A DNA stretch of 64,000 nt from Selaginella moellendorffii (lineage: Eukaryota > Plantae > Lycopodiophyta), in the NCBI RefSeq assembly GCF_000143415.4, contig NW_003314290.1, positions 1,478,454 through 1,542,453 on the forward strand, written 5' to 3'. Positions 35,378 to 47,258 of this stretch are shown here, in pieces. A model generated the notes under the pieces. That model was not told the origin of the DNA and made no database searches. It saw nothing but the letters and a program-made list of their open reading frames with translations. A program made the translations under genes and the position numbers. Position 1 is the stretch's first letter, and every line of letters begins with the position of its first letter.

Positions 35378-38140
35378 ATGGTACGCGCTCCCAACACTGA
35401 TGCAACCATTCCAGTGAGGAAATATTTCGAGCTCCAAGAACGGGGTTGTAGGCCGAGCTTAGCAGCCATTATCTTTGCTCTCAAGGCGTGCAAGCTCTCC
35501 AGGGATTTGGTAACAGGGAAGAAGATCCACGGCGATGTGATGCACAGCGGAGATGTCTCCAACCTCGTTGTCGCCAACAGCCTCCTCGACATGTACGTGA
35601 AATGTGGCTGTATATCAGAAGCTCGCGAGCTCTTTGACAGGATGGAAAAGAAGGACGTAATTTCTTGGACTAGCATCATTCTCGGCCTCGCCAAGCATGG
35701 CTATGGCGATCAAGCTTTGGATTTTTACTCGAGGATGGAGGAACACGGTTGCCCACCTGACCGTGTCACGGTTCTTGCTGCGCTCAAGGCTTGCTCTGCC
35801 ATAGCCGAGAACAAAGTTAGTGGAGATCGAGCAGAGAAGGTCGAGAGTTTGAGAAAAGGAAAGGAAGTTCATGCTCGGGCTGCTCGAATCGGTGTGGAGT
35901 TGGACACTTTTGCTGCGAGCAGCCTGGTGGATATGTACGCAAAGTGTGGACGGATGGTGGATGCTGCAAGAATTTTCGAGAGCCTCCAGGAACTTAGTGT
36001 TGTCTTGTGGACGGGGGTGATACTCGGCTACGCTCAAAGTGGTGACGGCGATTCGGCACTGGAGTTTTTCTCGCGGATGAAGGCCGAGGGACACGAACCG
36101 GATCGTGTCACGCTTCTTGCTGCTCTCAAGTCTTGCGCGAGCGCTGCCGAGAAGGAATCTCTTGCTGGGAGCTACAAGTTCCTGGAGAAAGGGAGGGCTA
36201 TCTTCTGCGAGTTTCAGAAAGCCAGGAGCTTGGATCTGTCCAAGGACATCGTTCTGGCGACAACTTTGGTGGATATGTTGTCGAAATGCGGCAGCATGGT
36301 TGATGCTCGTCGAGTTTTCGAAAATGTCCAGCACCGGGACGTCGTTTTGTGGAACTCTATCATCTTGGGATACGCACAGAGTGGACAAGCCGAGGTGGCC
36401 TTGACGCTTTATTCGCGAATGCGCGACGAAGGCTGCTTACCGGACTGCCTGACACTTCTTGGTGCTCTCAAGGCATGCGTTTCCATGGCTTCCAACGAAC
36501 AAGGCAAGCGAGAGGCACTGCAAAGAGGCAAAGTTATTCACTCGCACGCTGTGAGGTACCGAGACGAGATGGAGATGGTTTTCGAGACGAGCCTAGTGGA
36601 CTTTTATGGAAGATGTGGAAGATTAGCGGATTCGGTACTGGTCTTTCAAAGCTCTCGCCAGCATAGAAGGATGGCTTGGACTGCTATCATCTCATCTCAT
36701 GCACAGAATGGAGACGAAGAATCAGCTCTCGAGCTCTATCAATTCATGCAAGACGAAGGTGGCGAACCGAGCACGGCTGTTTTGGTTGCTATTCTTAAAT
36801 CTCTGTCCAGTCTCGCGAGCAAAGAAGATGGCAAGCTCGTCGAAGGGAGGTACGCGAAGATCAACACAGTGAAGAGAGGCAGGGAAATCCATGCTACAGC
36901 GGCTAAACAAGCGAAGGCTCTGGAATTACCTGTCGCCACAAGCCTGGTCGACCTCTATGCTAAATGTGGATTTACTGCGGAAGCTCGAAAGATTTTCGAA
37001 AGCTTGAGAAGTGATCTGCGAGACGACGTTGCTCTGTGGAACTGCATGGTGCTGGGATACACTGAAAGTGGTGAAGCCCAGAAGGCACTCGAGCTTTATT
37101 CGCAAATGATCCAAGGCCGAGGCCCTTCACCGGATCGTGTCACTCTCCTCGCAGCGCTCAAAGCCTGTGCTTGCTTTGCCGAGAAGGAGCATTCTCACAG
37201 CTTACAGTATCTCAAAGACATCCACGCTCGAGCAGTGAGGTTTTTCGACGTGGAACTTGACACCATGCTGGCAAATACGCTGCTGGATTCTTACGCGAAG
37301 AGCCAGAGCACGGTGGATGCTCTTCACGTCTTCGAAAGGATTCGGCAACCCGATGTGGTCTCCTGGAACTGCATCGTTTTGGGATTCCTGGGAAACGGTG
37401 AAAGTGAGGCCGCGCTCGAGACTGTGGAACGCATGAGAGAAGAACGAGGCAGCCGCGAGCTCAACTCGGTGACTTATGTCGCAGCTCTCAAGGCGTGCGC
37501 TGCTCTGGGAGCGCTGGAAAGAGGTAGACGATTCCATGCCGAGATTTGCAGTGCTGGATTGGAGACGGACACAATGGTGGCAAACTCGCTGGTGGATTTT
37601 TACGGGAAGTGTGGAAGCATGGCAGAAGCCGAGGAAGTTTTCCGGAAGATCTCCACGAAGACCATGGTGACATGGAGTGCTCTCATCTCGGGATATAGCT
37701 GCCAGGGAGACACTGATCGGGTTTTCGAGCTTTTCGAGAAGATGAAGCTCCAGGAGAAGGATCTACAGCCGGACGGAGTGACTTATCTCTCGGTTCTCAC
37801 GGCTTGCAGCCACAAAGGTCTCGTGGAGAGAGGAAAGGAAGTCTTCGAAGAGATGTGGAGGAAGCGCGGACTTCCGCGGGGGGCCGAGCACTACGCTTGC
37901 ATGGTGGATCTCCTGGGACGAGCAAACCGGCTGGACGAAGCAGCCGAGCTCTTGAAAGAAATGCCGGTGGATGCGAGCGCCGAGAGCTGGATGGCACTGT
38001 TAAGTGCTTGCTACAAGTGGAGGAACTTGGAAGTGGGGAAGCTTGCCTTTGAGTCAGTGCTGGAGCTGGATCGAGGGAATGCCTCCGCCTACGTGATGAT
38101 GTCCAACATCTATTCTTCCTCCGAGTTAAACTCGGTTTGA
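35378..38140 (+). CDS. PLS-class PPR protein with E domain, no DYW
   Basis: 920-aa intronless ORF with repeated P-L-S triplets (SLVDMYAKCG / VLWxxxILGYAQSG / PDRVTLLAALKAC) and E-domain region HYACMVDLLGRAN...YVMMSNIY. Confidence 0.93.
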   Translation: MVRAPNTDATIPVRKYFELQERGCRPSLAAIIFALKACKLSRDLVTGKKIHGDVMHSGDVSNLVVANSLLDMYVKCGCISEARELFDRMEKKDVISWTSIILGLAKHGYGDQALDFYSRMEEHGCPPDRVTVLAALKACSAIAENKVSGDRAEKVESLRKGKEVHARAARIGVELDTFAASSLVDMYAKCGRMVDAARIFESLQELSVVLWTGVILGYAQSGDGDSALEFFSRMKAEGHEPDRVTLLAALKSCASAAEKESLAGSYKFLEKGRAIFCEFQKARSLDLSKDIVLATTLVDMLSKCGSMVDARRVFENVQHRDVVLWNSIILGYAQSGQAEVALTLYSRMRDEGCLPDCLTLLGALKACVSMASNEQGKREALQRGKVIHSHAVRYRDEMEMVFETSLVDFYGRCGRLADSVLVFQSSRQHRRMAWTAIISSHAQNGDEESALELYQFMQDEGGEPSTAVLVAILKSLSSLASKEDGKLVEGRYAKINTVKRGREIHATAAKQAKALELPVATSLVDLYAKCGFTAEARKIFESLRSDLRDDVALWNCMVLGYTESGEAQKALELYSQMIQGRGPSPDRVTLLAALKACACFAEKEHSHSLQYLKDIHARAVRFFDVELDTMLANTLLDSYAKSQSTVDALHVFERIRQPDVVSWNCIVLGFLGNGESEAALETVERMREERGSRELNSVTYVAALKACAALGALERGRRFHAEICSAGLETDTMVANSLVDFYGKCGSMAEAEEVFRKISTKTMVTWSALISGYSCQGDTDRVFELFEKMKLQEKDLQPDGVTYLSVLTACSHKGLVERGKEVFEEMWRKRGLPRGAEHYACMVDLLGRANRLDEAAELLKEMPVDASAESWMALLSACYKWRNLEVGKLAFESVLELDRGNASAYVMMSNIYSSSELNSV

Positions 38141-38667
38141 AGATCACGAGACGAGCTCCGGTACGTCTTTCTTCTTCTTCACTTCGTGTTCTAGACAACA
38201 TTATGATATCTTCTTTGTACAGATGATCCAGGAGAACTTCATCCCGCAGATTTTGCCAGCGCTGGATTCCATCTTCGAGCCATCCCTGAAGCATAAGAAG
38301 GTGCCTCACATATAAATCTCTGATACAACTATAACCATGAGTTTTGTACAGGTCGTTTTTGCGATTCGTCACTTCCAAGCTTATAGTTCTAACTAACAAC
38401 AAGAAAGAAGCTGACAAGAAAATAAAACTTTGGTACGTGATCTATGTCTTCCATATGTGAGCATGACGTCATTTCCTGGTACGCATGGGAAAAGAAAGTT
38501 TCCAGGAGCTAGATCACTGGAGCTGTACGGGATGATCTTCCACTCCATTCGTACGAGAGATCGCTCGGAATTTCAGACAGTGACTGCCAGAATATGCCAC
38601 AACGGCTCATTTCCCAGCTGGTTAAATGGAGATGGAGGAGCGCGAGCCCTAGAAATCCCGAGCGGCG

Positions 38668-40511
38668 ATGGCACGCGACAAGGCGGCCCTGGATTACCAC
38701 AAGCTCCCTAGGCGGCGCTTGCAGCAGCTGTGCAAGAAGAATGGAATTCCGGCCAACAAGACCAATCTCTTCATGGCGGACGCGCTCGCGGCGCTCTTCA
38801 AGGTAAGCCCACCTCATACTTTGGATCCAGATCGATCGAGTTTTGCTTTGATCTGGGCAGGCTCCAGCGAGCCGCGAGAGTGGCAAGGACAAGGATGTGG
38901 CTCCTCCAGCCGCTGGGAGAACTGGAAGCGCTGTGGGTGATTCTCAGTCGAGCCAGTGTACCACGGAGGAAAATGCGATCTCACCGGTGAAAAGCCGCGA
39001 CGATGAGAAGCGTGACGATGGCGAGCATGACAAGCATAGCTTTTGTACTGCGAGTGATGACAAGGGTGAGTTTGACGACGCGCACAGCGTTGCCGAGGAA
39101 CCGGACAAGGTGAAGACGTCGATGGATGCTCGAGAGAACTTGGATCATGGTGATGGAAGGTAAGTTTTCTCAAGTTTGCAAAGAGCCTGAATGCGTGTGT
39201 TTGTGTTTGTGTGACAGATGCGCAAAGCTAGAGAGATCGCCGGAAGCCATTGAGCTAGACGACGAAGATCATCCTGAGAAAGCAGTCGCGGAGGTGGATC
39301 GACAAGATGAGAAAGATGTCGAGGTTCCAACGTTTGCTGCCTTGGCAGAGGCTTCTCACGATCAAGCACAGGGTGGCAAAGCGTTAGAAATGGGGGCGCA
39401 AGAAACTCCGTCCGCTGCTCGAGTGGAGATTAAGACAACCGAGAAAGGTGGCGAAGTCTCGGAAGTAGTGGAGGCACGACAAACTTTGCCTGCTGTGGTT
39501 AAGGCTTCTCACGAGCAACAGGACGAGAAAGTTCCAGCTGTGGAGGTTTCTCGTGATCAGAATCAGATCGCAGTTGTCACCAAAGAGAAGGTCCTCGTCG
39601 AAGCAGTGACGGCTGTCGCTAAACAGGAAGTTGTCAGTGAAACGAAGGTCCTTTCCGACGCAGCAGTGGTGGCTGTTGCCAAACAAGAAGTTGTCATTGA
39701 AACGAAGGTCCCTCTCGACGAAGCAGTGGGTGTCGCTCGACAAGAAGCGGAAAAGAAGCACCATGTCTACGAATCAGTGCCCAAATTCGCAGCTGAAGAA
39801 GCAGCACTGGAGAAAAGTGAAGATGATCGATCTCCAGCAGCTGCTGATATCAAGGAACTCTCACTTCCAACTCCAGACGCAGTAATTACCTCCGAGCTCA
39901 GCGAGTCGAAAGGCGTCATCGTGGAAGGCAGAGTTGATCAAACTCTTGAGGTCTCTGAGAACCAAGCCGTAGCTATGATTGTCCAGGAACTCGAAGTTCA
40001 AACGGATACTCCCGCTCCAACGCTTGATCTTCCAGAGGAGAGCGCTCTCCAGATGATCGAGGAACTCACGCAAGCCACCGACGAGGAACTTGGATCCGAG
40101 CACCTCAAAGCGATGCTGAGAAGAGCAATGGAGCGATCAAAGTCGCGGAACCAGTACAAGAAGGGCCCGGTGTTCCTTCACAAGAGATCAACCATGGAGA
40201 AGGTGCTGGAGAGAGCCAGGAAGAAGCGAGCAGAGTGCCTGGAGCAACGGAGATTCGAGGTGGGTCACAAGAGCAGCGGAGACGATCACGATAGCCTGAG
40301 TGACGATGATCCAGCTCCGGAAGCTCCAAGAGGAGGAGTGATCTCGAGCAAGGCTGCTCGCATCCAGCAGAAGCACCGAGAGCAGTTCAAGACGCCGATC
40401 AAAGGCAAGTCCCACCGCAAATCCGAGGCCGATTTCGTGAAGCTGACGAGCGCGCGGCGCCAGGAGCTACTGCGATCAAAGCGCGGCATGAAGAACATCG
40501 TAGATTCTTGA
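38668..40511 (+). CDS. Uncharacterised plant protein with N-terminal SAP/HeH-like motif and a long acidic disordered region (3 exons)
   Basis: LDYHKLPRRRLQQLCKKNGIPANKTNLFMADALAALFK. Exons about 38668-38802, 38861-39159 and 39217-40511 with GT-AG sites. Confidence 0.75.
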
Positions 40512-40693
40512 AGTTCGCGAGCTAAGAAGATTTAGTAGACTGGAAAGGAAGAATATATCGTATTTATGTGAATAGATATGGTTTGTATAAAAGGTGACGT
40601 TGCATTAGCGGTGAAAATGTAGTTCTCTATAATTTAGGGCTTTGTCGAGCGACGCAGTGGGTTTTGTATCGAGTTCTAGCATCTGCACAGCTA

Positions 40694-43407
40694 TGGCGGC
40701 CAGGGATGTGCGCGCATTGTCGCCAAAGCCTTGGAAGCGTAAGCACAGGAAGGCGCTGGCGCCGGCAGCGGACAGCATTGAGATTTTCGAGGGGAAGCCG
40801 ACGGTTCCAGCCCCGATCTCGCTCGAGATCACTCCGGCGGACGGGAATGGCTACCTCCGGATCGTCTGCCAGGAGGAGGTGGAGTTCTTTGTTCCTAGGA
40901 AGATAGTGGAGCAGCTCAAATGCGTCGATGTTATTCTTCGCGGAGAAGGTTCGTCACTTTTCTCTTTGGATTTTCGTTCTCATTGGTGGTTTTGTGTCTT
41001 TCTTTCCAGTGCAGTTTAGAGAAAGATTGGAGAATGTGATCCGATTCCCAGATTTTCGCTACGAGGTAGTTCTTTTTTTTCTCTCTCTCTCATAGCGAGA
41101 TTTTTCTGATCAACTTCAAGGTGTTGGAAGCTGTAATGCGGTTCGTTTTTATAGAGCACATTGACAGTCTTAAGGCAGAGAAATATTGGGGACAAAACGC
41201 CCCGCGAGTAACGTTTCAGTTCGAGGTAAAGTAAGCTCAGTTCTTCGCTTTTATCATTCATTTCTTTTTTAAAAGGTAGAACCAAGCCAAGTGATGGAAA
41301 TTGTTCATGCTGCTCATTTTTTTGGCATAAAAAATCTTTTAAAGGTTGCTGCGGCGATGATTGCTCACAATCTAAAAGGTCTGTGCTAGGAGGATTTTCC
41401 TGTTTGATCAATTCGTGGCACTTGGACAGATGTACCGGATGTCTCGTCAATGCCACCAGACTTAGCATGGTGTGTTGCGGAGCAGTTTTCCGCGCAAGAC
41501 TTATTTTACGCTGAAGAAAGGGATGATTTTTTATCTCTGGGTCTTGGTATGCCTACAAAGTAAACGCTTCTTGCTTGCTAATTAATTCGGCATTTAACAG
41601 ATACGAGAAGTCTTTGGGAGGAAAACTGCAAGAAAATGATGCATGACGATGCAACAATGTCAATTTGTTCGTTGGAGCACTATCCAGCGTACGACGAATG
41701 GATCACCTCAGACAGGCCACCTCCAACTTCATGGAAATCACTATATATGTCAATTTATCTCCAACAGTTAGCTGATCGACAGGACGGAGGTACGCATGAA
41801 ATTTTTTCTTTGTGGCTTTTCTTGAAAAGAAGTTCTAGGCACAAACGATAGCTTCATTGCTGAAGTATCGCACAAGGGAAAGTGGGTGTACACGCATACA
41901 GTAAGTTTGGGTTTATCAAAGTGCAATACTGTTTTGCTCGTTGTCAGATACGGTCCGCATTCTGGGAGTGGATAATGACAGGAGAGGGCAGCTTGTCGTT
42001 CGACGTATATATGGCTCAATTTCCAGCTCTATTCTCCCTTTGTGAGCATAGCGTTACGTTCCGAGCGGGTATTTACAGTAACTGTTGCAGGCCTTGCAAA
42101 GGTTCAGCTAGGAGATAATGGTCTTTATGTTGGCAAAATATTAGCAGAAATGCAACTTCTCCAACTGCTAGATATCAGGTAGCTTGTCACCTTTATAGCC
42201 TTTTGCTAAAAGTTTCTCAATGCATAGTGAGACAGGCTTTACAAAGGAAGCGGCAGTGAATTTGAGCCTTTCTCTTCGGAAACATAGCAGGTAGCTATTC
42301 TCTATGTGAAACAGCTCGTTTTCTTATTTTTTCACGTTGTAAGGCTCCAGGTACTTCGCCTCGCTTACAACTGCATCCTGACAGAAGGATTCACAGCTAT
42401 CGCTCGGGCCCTTGAGTTTGCAAGGTACGCAGTATACTGTGATTTTTCTTTTGGAAAAAAACTTGCATTTTACTGTAGATCTCTGAAAGTATTGGATGTA
42501 CGGGAAAATGGTATTGGAAAATTCATACCTGAGGAAGCACTTGCAGCTTTAAAGTACAGTCGACTGAAGGAGCTTCTTTTTAACGGTATTGATTTTCGAA
42601 CATTGGTCGAAGTTGCTTTTTCGTACATCTACAGGAAACTGTAACACGGATGCTATTCAAGAAGAACGCTTGTTAAGTAGATCTTCCTTCTATGTCTTGG
42701 TTCTTATCTACGTTTATACAGAGTAGCGAAACCAATACTTGATGCTGTACCGACACAGTTGAAGACTCTGCGGTTGCAGCAGTGCTGTCTCTTAGACGAA
42801 CATGCATTTTTTTTGGCAGAGGGACTGAGAAAACATGCTCATATTCAGGTAAAAGTTTGAACAACATCGCTCTAAGCTCTTTTGTGATAACTGCAGACAC
42901 TTGATTTAAGCGACAACAAGATCACTGCGGCAGGTGCTTGTGCAATTCTTTTGTGGCTTCAGGTTTGTGGCGTGTCTGATGCTCTGCAAAAGAAATGCAT
43001 ACCGATTTTCAGGAAAACACGTCTTTGCTGGAATTGTCTTTTGCTAACAACAACGTCCAGGACTCGTGTTCCAGAGTGCTCTGCGCGGTTATGCAAAACC
43101 ACTCTTCTTTACAACGGGTATATGTGTTTGATATCGCGCAACATCTTGACGTCACGCTGTCGTGTTTCAGTTCTCGTTGATGGGCAACTACTCATACGGT
43201 GAAGAAAATCTTCCAGAGGTCCTACGCAAACGCTTTACAATTCTGTCTCTTACGCCCGACTGCAGGTCCTTCACGCTGCTTCGTGTCGAGGGAACGCCCT
43301 GCTTGCATCAGAGCACAAGAGATTTACGTTGGATCTACGCAGCACCGACGTGTCGTATGCGAACAGAGCAAGGATTCTCCGCCAGGCCGTCCAGTTCACA
43401 TCACTAG
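40694..43407 (+). CDS. Multi-exon protein: SKP1/Elongin-C-like domain, F-box/Elongin-A-like segment, RNI-like leucine-rich repeats
   Basis: YLRIVCQEEVEFFVPRKIV, FEVEPSQVMEIVHAAHFFGIKNLLKVAAAMIAHNLK, DVSSMPPDLAWCVAEQFSAQDLF, SWKSLY, then LQVLRLAYNCI, LKVLDVRENGI, LDLSDNKI, LLELSFANNNV. Confidence 0.7.
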
Positions 43408-44158
43408 ATCTTTTAATTTGACAACGAAAACGATGGCCACATTTATTCTGGTTAGTGGTGCGCTTCCACTTGATTTGTGAGTAACACCACATCAGCCAGG
43501 TGCGGACCTCCGATAGTGGCGGTCCAAGCTCTACTCAGTGCGTTTGCTGCCAGCCTACCACAACACACTCGAGAGAAAACGACTGGTATTGTGATGTTGT
43601 TGCTGTTGCTGTTACTTCCTTGGAACTTAAGCATGCATCTCTGGTCTTGTCGCCTTTCTTTTTGTTTCTATTGCCTGACTGGCGCTTGACTGCTTAGTCT
43701 GTGAGTGCATGCATGCAAATCACGGCTCAAGCACACGCTTAGCGCAGCATAGCACACGTAAGGCACGGTGTTTTTGTTGTTGGTGCATGGGCCCGGGTCC
43801 GGAGATGGTTTTTTCGATTCGGCTGGCTAACGTTGACGGACGCAATGTTTGCTCATTCTTTTCAATCATATCGATGGTACCGATGGTGGTGGTGGTCCTT
43901 ATATGGTACACACTAAAATCGCCAATCAAAACCATGGAAAGCAGCGCACGGTTATGATCTCTGGTTTTGTTTATATACTTGGATCCGTGTGCAATGTTTT
44001 CTACAGTGGCATGATGCTCGTCGCTAGGCAACACACTCGCGCCGTGAGTTCTCAGATTACTGCTCGCTCTCCTCCCTCACTCGTTTGCTTTTCCCCTTCC
44101 TTGTTTTGCAGTGTACTTTTTGAAGGGATTCATCCGTTCCTCCCAATTCATCGGTGGC

Positions 44159-46712
44159 ATGGCTGCTCTCTCGAGGGTCGTGTGGCGGCTGCTGATGCTG
44201 CTGCTGTTCGGAGGATGGATTTTGATGTGGGTGATGCGACCAACCTCCGCCTACTCCAAGTTCTGGCAGTCGTTCACGAAGGATACCACAACGAAAGCTT
44301 ATGGAGTCGCAGGTAAACATGTTGAGTGCTTCTTGTGTGTGATCGATCGCATTGTGGCTCGTCTTGGGGTTCTAGCCGAGGAAACTCTCATGCTTGCAAT
44401 TATTGAGTATAGAAGTCCTGGTGCTCTTTCATTCTCTTTGCATTGCTGCTGGTAGAACAAGAACGAATATATCTTGCTTGTGAGGTCACAAGAGTCGGCT
44501 GACACAGGTCCTGGCAGGGTCCTTCACACTTTTTTATTCGGCTCCCGTCGTCATCTTGGCTGTGGTTGGTGCGATTTATCTTCAGCTTTCCAAAGACGAC
44601 AGCACTAGGAGGTAGATCCTCTTTTTGAATTCACGCTTAAACTAAAGTTTTAATCCAGGAGGGATGGAGTGCGAGTAAATCCATTTTCTTTCCCTGCTGT
44701 AGTTCGAGGACCACTTGCAGTTGCCTCTGCGGCGGAGCTTACATGCCTCGTTCTCTTCGTGGCTCTTCTCGTGTGGACACTATCGGAGTACTTGAGCACA
44801 AAGTTTGCTAAAATCACTCCTGCTTATCTGCACAAGCACCAGTTAAAACTGTGAGGAGTTATTCTGTTTTGAGTGCTTCATACATAACGTGTTTCCTTTT
44901 CAGATGGGAAAGAAAATTGGAGATGGTTGGAACGAATTTGGGACTCGTCGGCATTGTCTGCCTTGCATTCTTGTTCTTTCCAGTTGCTCGAGGCTCGGTG
45001 TTTCTTCGTTTGTTGAATGTACCCTTTGAGCACGCGATTAAGTATCACATATGGATTGGACACATTATGATGGTGATTTGGACAGTTCACGGACTGGTTT
45101 TTGTGATCTTCTGGGCTGTCACTGGCAAGATGACAGAGGTAAGCAGTTTGTTTTAATCTTCGTTCTTACATTCTCGTCAAACTCTCAGCTTGTTCAGTGG
45201 AAGAAAACAGAAATAAGCGGCCTTTCTGGATTGTTTGTCTACATTATCGGCGTGATTATGTGGATGACATCTCTTGGCCCAGTTCGAAAGAAGAAATTTG
45301 AGCTTTTCTACTACACACATCAGCTCTATATTGTATTCATTTTGACCTTTGCATTACACGTTGGAGACAGGTTATTCTGTGCGGTTGTGGGTGGCATCTT
45401 GCTGTTTCTGCTGAATCGGTTTCTGAGGTTCATACAGTCACGCAGAATCGTAGACGTCTTATCAGCTCGAATGATGTCTTCGGAAACGATGGAACTCACT
45501 ATTGCAAAGCATCCGAGTAAGTAGCTTTCTGCTTGTTTGTTCTCTCTGGACCATCTTTTACGAACGCATTTTTATATCAGGTCTCGCATATAATCCGGCA
45601 AGTTTCATTATGGTGAACTTCCCTGTCGTGTCTCCACTGCAATGGCATCCCTTTACCATCGTATCTTCGTCCAAAGTAGACACGGAGCATCTTTCGCTTT
45701 TGATAAAGTGTTACGGAGGCTGGACGCTGACACTCAAGGAGTACTTAAAGAACGCCGACACATCGCATATAGTAGAGGCTGCTGTTGAAGGGCCATACGG
45801 CCACGACATGAGCTACGTCGCTCGGTAAGGCTTTCAGTTGGGAAGCATAAATCTGACTCAACTTTTTTCAGCTACGACGTTCTGATTTTTGTCGCCGGGG
45901 GCAGTGGAATTTCACCATTTATTTCCATTATAAAGGAGCTCCTCTATGATATTGAAAACCAGAAAGTTTTGGCACCTGAGGAGATCATTCTTCTCTGGGC
46001 CGTGAAAAAGTCCGACGACCTCTCTGTCCTACAGCTCATAACACCGGACTTTGCTAGCCGGTTCAAGATCGACGTCCAAGTTTATGTCACCCGAGAGGAT
46101 GGCCCCGAGTTGGAGAAGCCTCAGACGACAGCAAGCACCATCATTTTCAGCACCCGAAAGTCTCAACCGAGGAGCATATCTGGGTCCGAGGGGATCCAAA
46201 ATGGGATTCTCCACGCAGCGCTGGTGTTGGCATCTTCGGCAGGCTTCCTGTTCGTCATTGGCATCCTCGAGAGATTCGTCGTGTATCCGGTCGACCACAA
46301 CACCTCGGACTTGTTTTCTCGCTCGCTGGGTGGTCTTTTTGGATACATAGCAACCGTGATTGGCGTCGTTGTCTTTGGTGGAGGAACTCTGGCCCTTTGG
46401 AATCGGCTGGCAAGAAGGGACAAAGGCGTGAACAAGAAGCCCGAGAGGATGCTTTCAACAATATCTAGCCAACCGACTCATCCTTCGCAGGTCCACTATG
46501 GGAGTCGTCCACATCTTCCAGGTTAGAGTCTAAAGTTACTCGTTCCTAGTACTTACTCTGGCTGATCAGATGTGTTCCATGCGTATGCGAAGCGACTGCA
46601 GGGATCCAAAGTTGGAGTTTTTGCGTGTGGACCTGTAGAGATGCAACGCACGGTGGCTACGCAGTGCCAGGCACCGAGATTTAGTTATCATCCATTAAAC
46701 TACGACCTGTAA
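44159..46712 (+). CDS. FRO: Ferric-chelate reductase (FRO family), copy 1
   Basis: FFPVARGS, FEHAIKYHIWIGH, FELFYYTHQLY, FAD motif QWHPFT, VEGPYG, NADPH motif FVAGGSGISPF, VGVFACGP; ends HPLNYDL-stop. Confidence 0.93.
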
Positions 46713-47258
46713 TACAGGTACCATATTTTTTACACTTGGGAATCTTTGAGACCCGTTTTGCAGTGTCTCAAAGTTACAGAAAACGGTCTATAGAGCCTTG
46801 CCTTTATCCAGGCTGATAGTGGAAGCGTTAAGTATGATAATTCTATTCCTTTTTCTAGTTTTTTTTGTTTTAAACGACTTGTATTGTTCTAGCGAAAGAG
46901 AAGTTTAAGTTTAAGTTTGCTCACACGGGCTCGCGCGTGGTGCCACGCTAGAAACATGCGCGCTCGTAAGTTAGTTGTTCTCGCTCAATCCGTTCGCGAC
47001 TTACGAGGCTCATTTGGATTAAACCAAAAGTCAGCACTGGAATCCAGGCGGCCCGGGAGGCAGTTTTCCCACCCAGTTGTTAGCGGGATATGCAGAACAT
47101 GTAATGCAAGCTGTGGTAAAGTTGAGTTTTATATTACGAAGTCAAAACGCTGCGCGACAAGAACAACACAGTAGGCAACGTCCTCGCTTGTATATAATCC
47201 CGCTTCTATCAAGTAGCTTTAAGGCTCGCTCGCTAGTTTGGAATTACATCTAGCAGCC

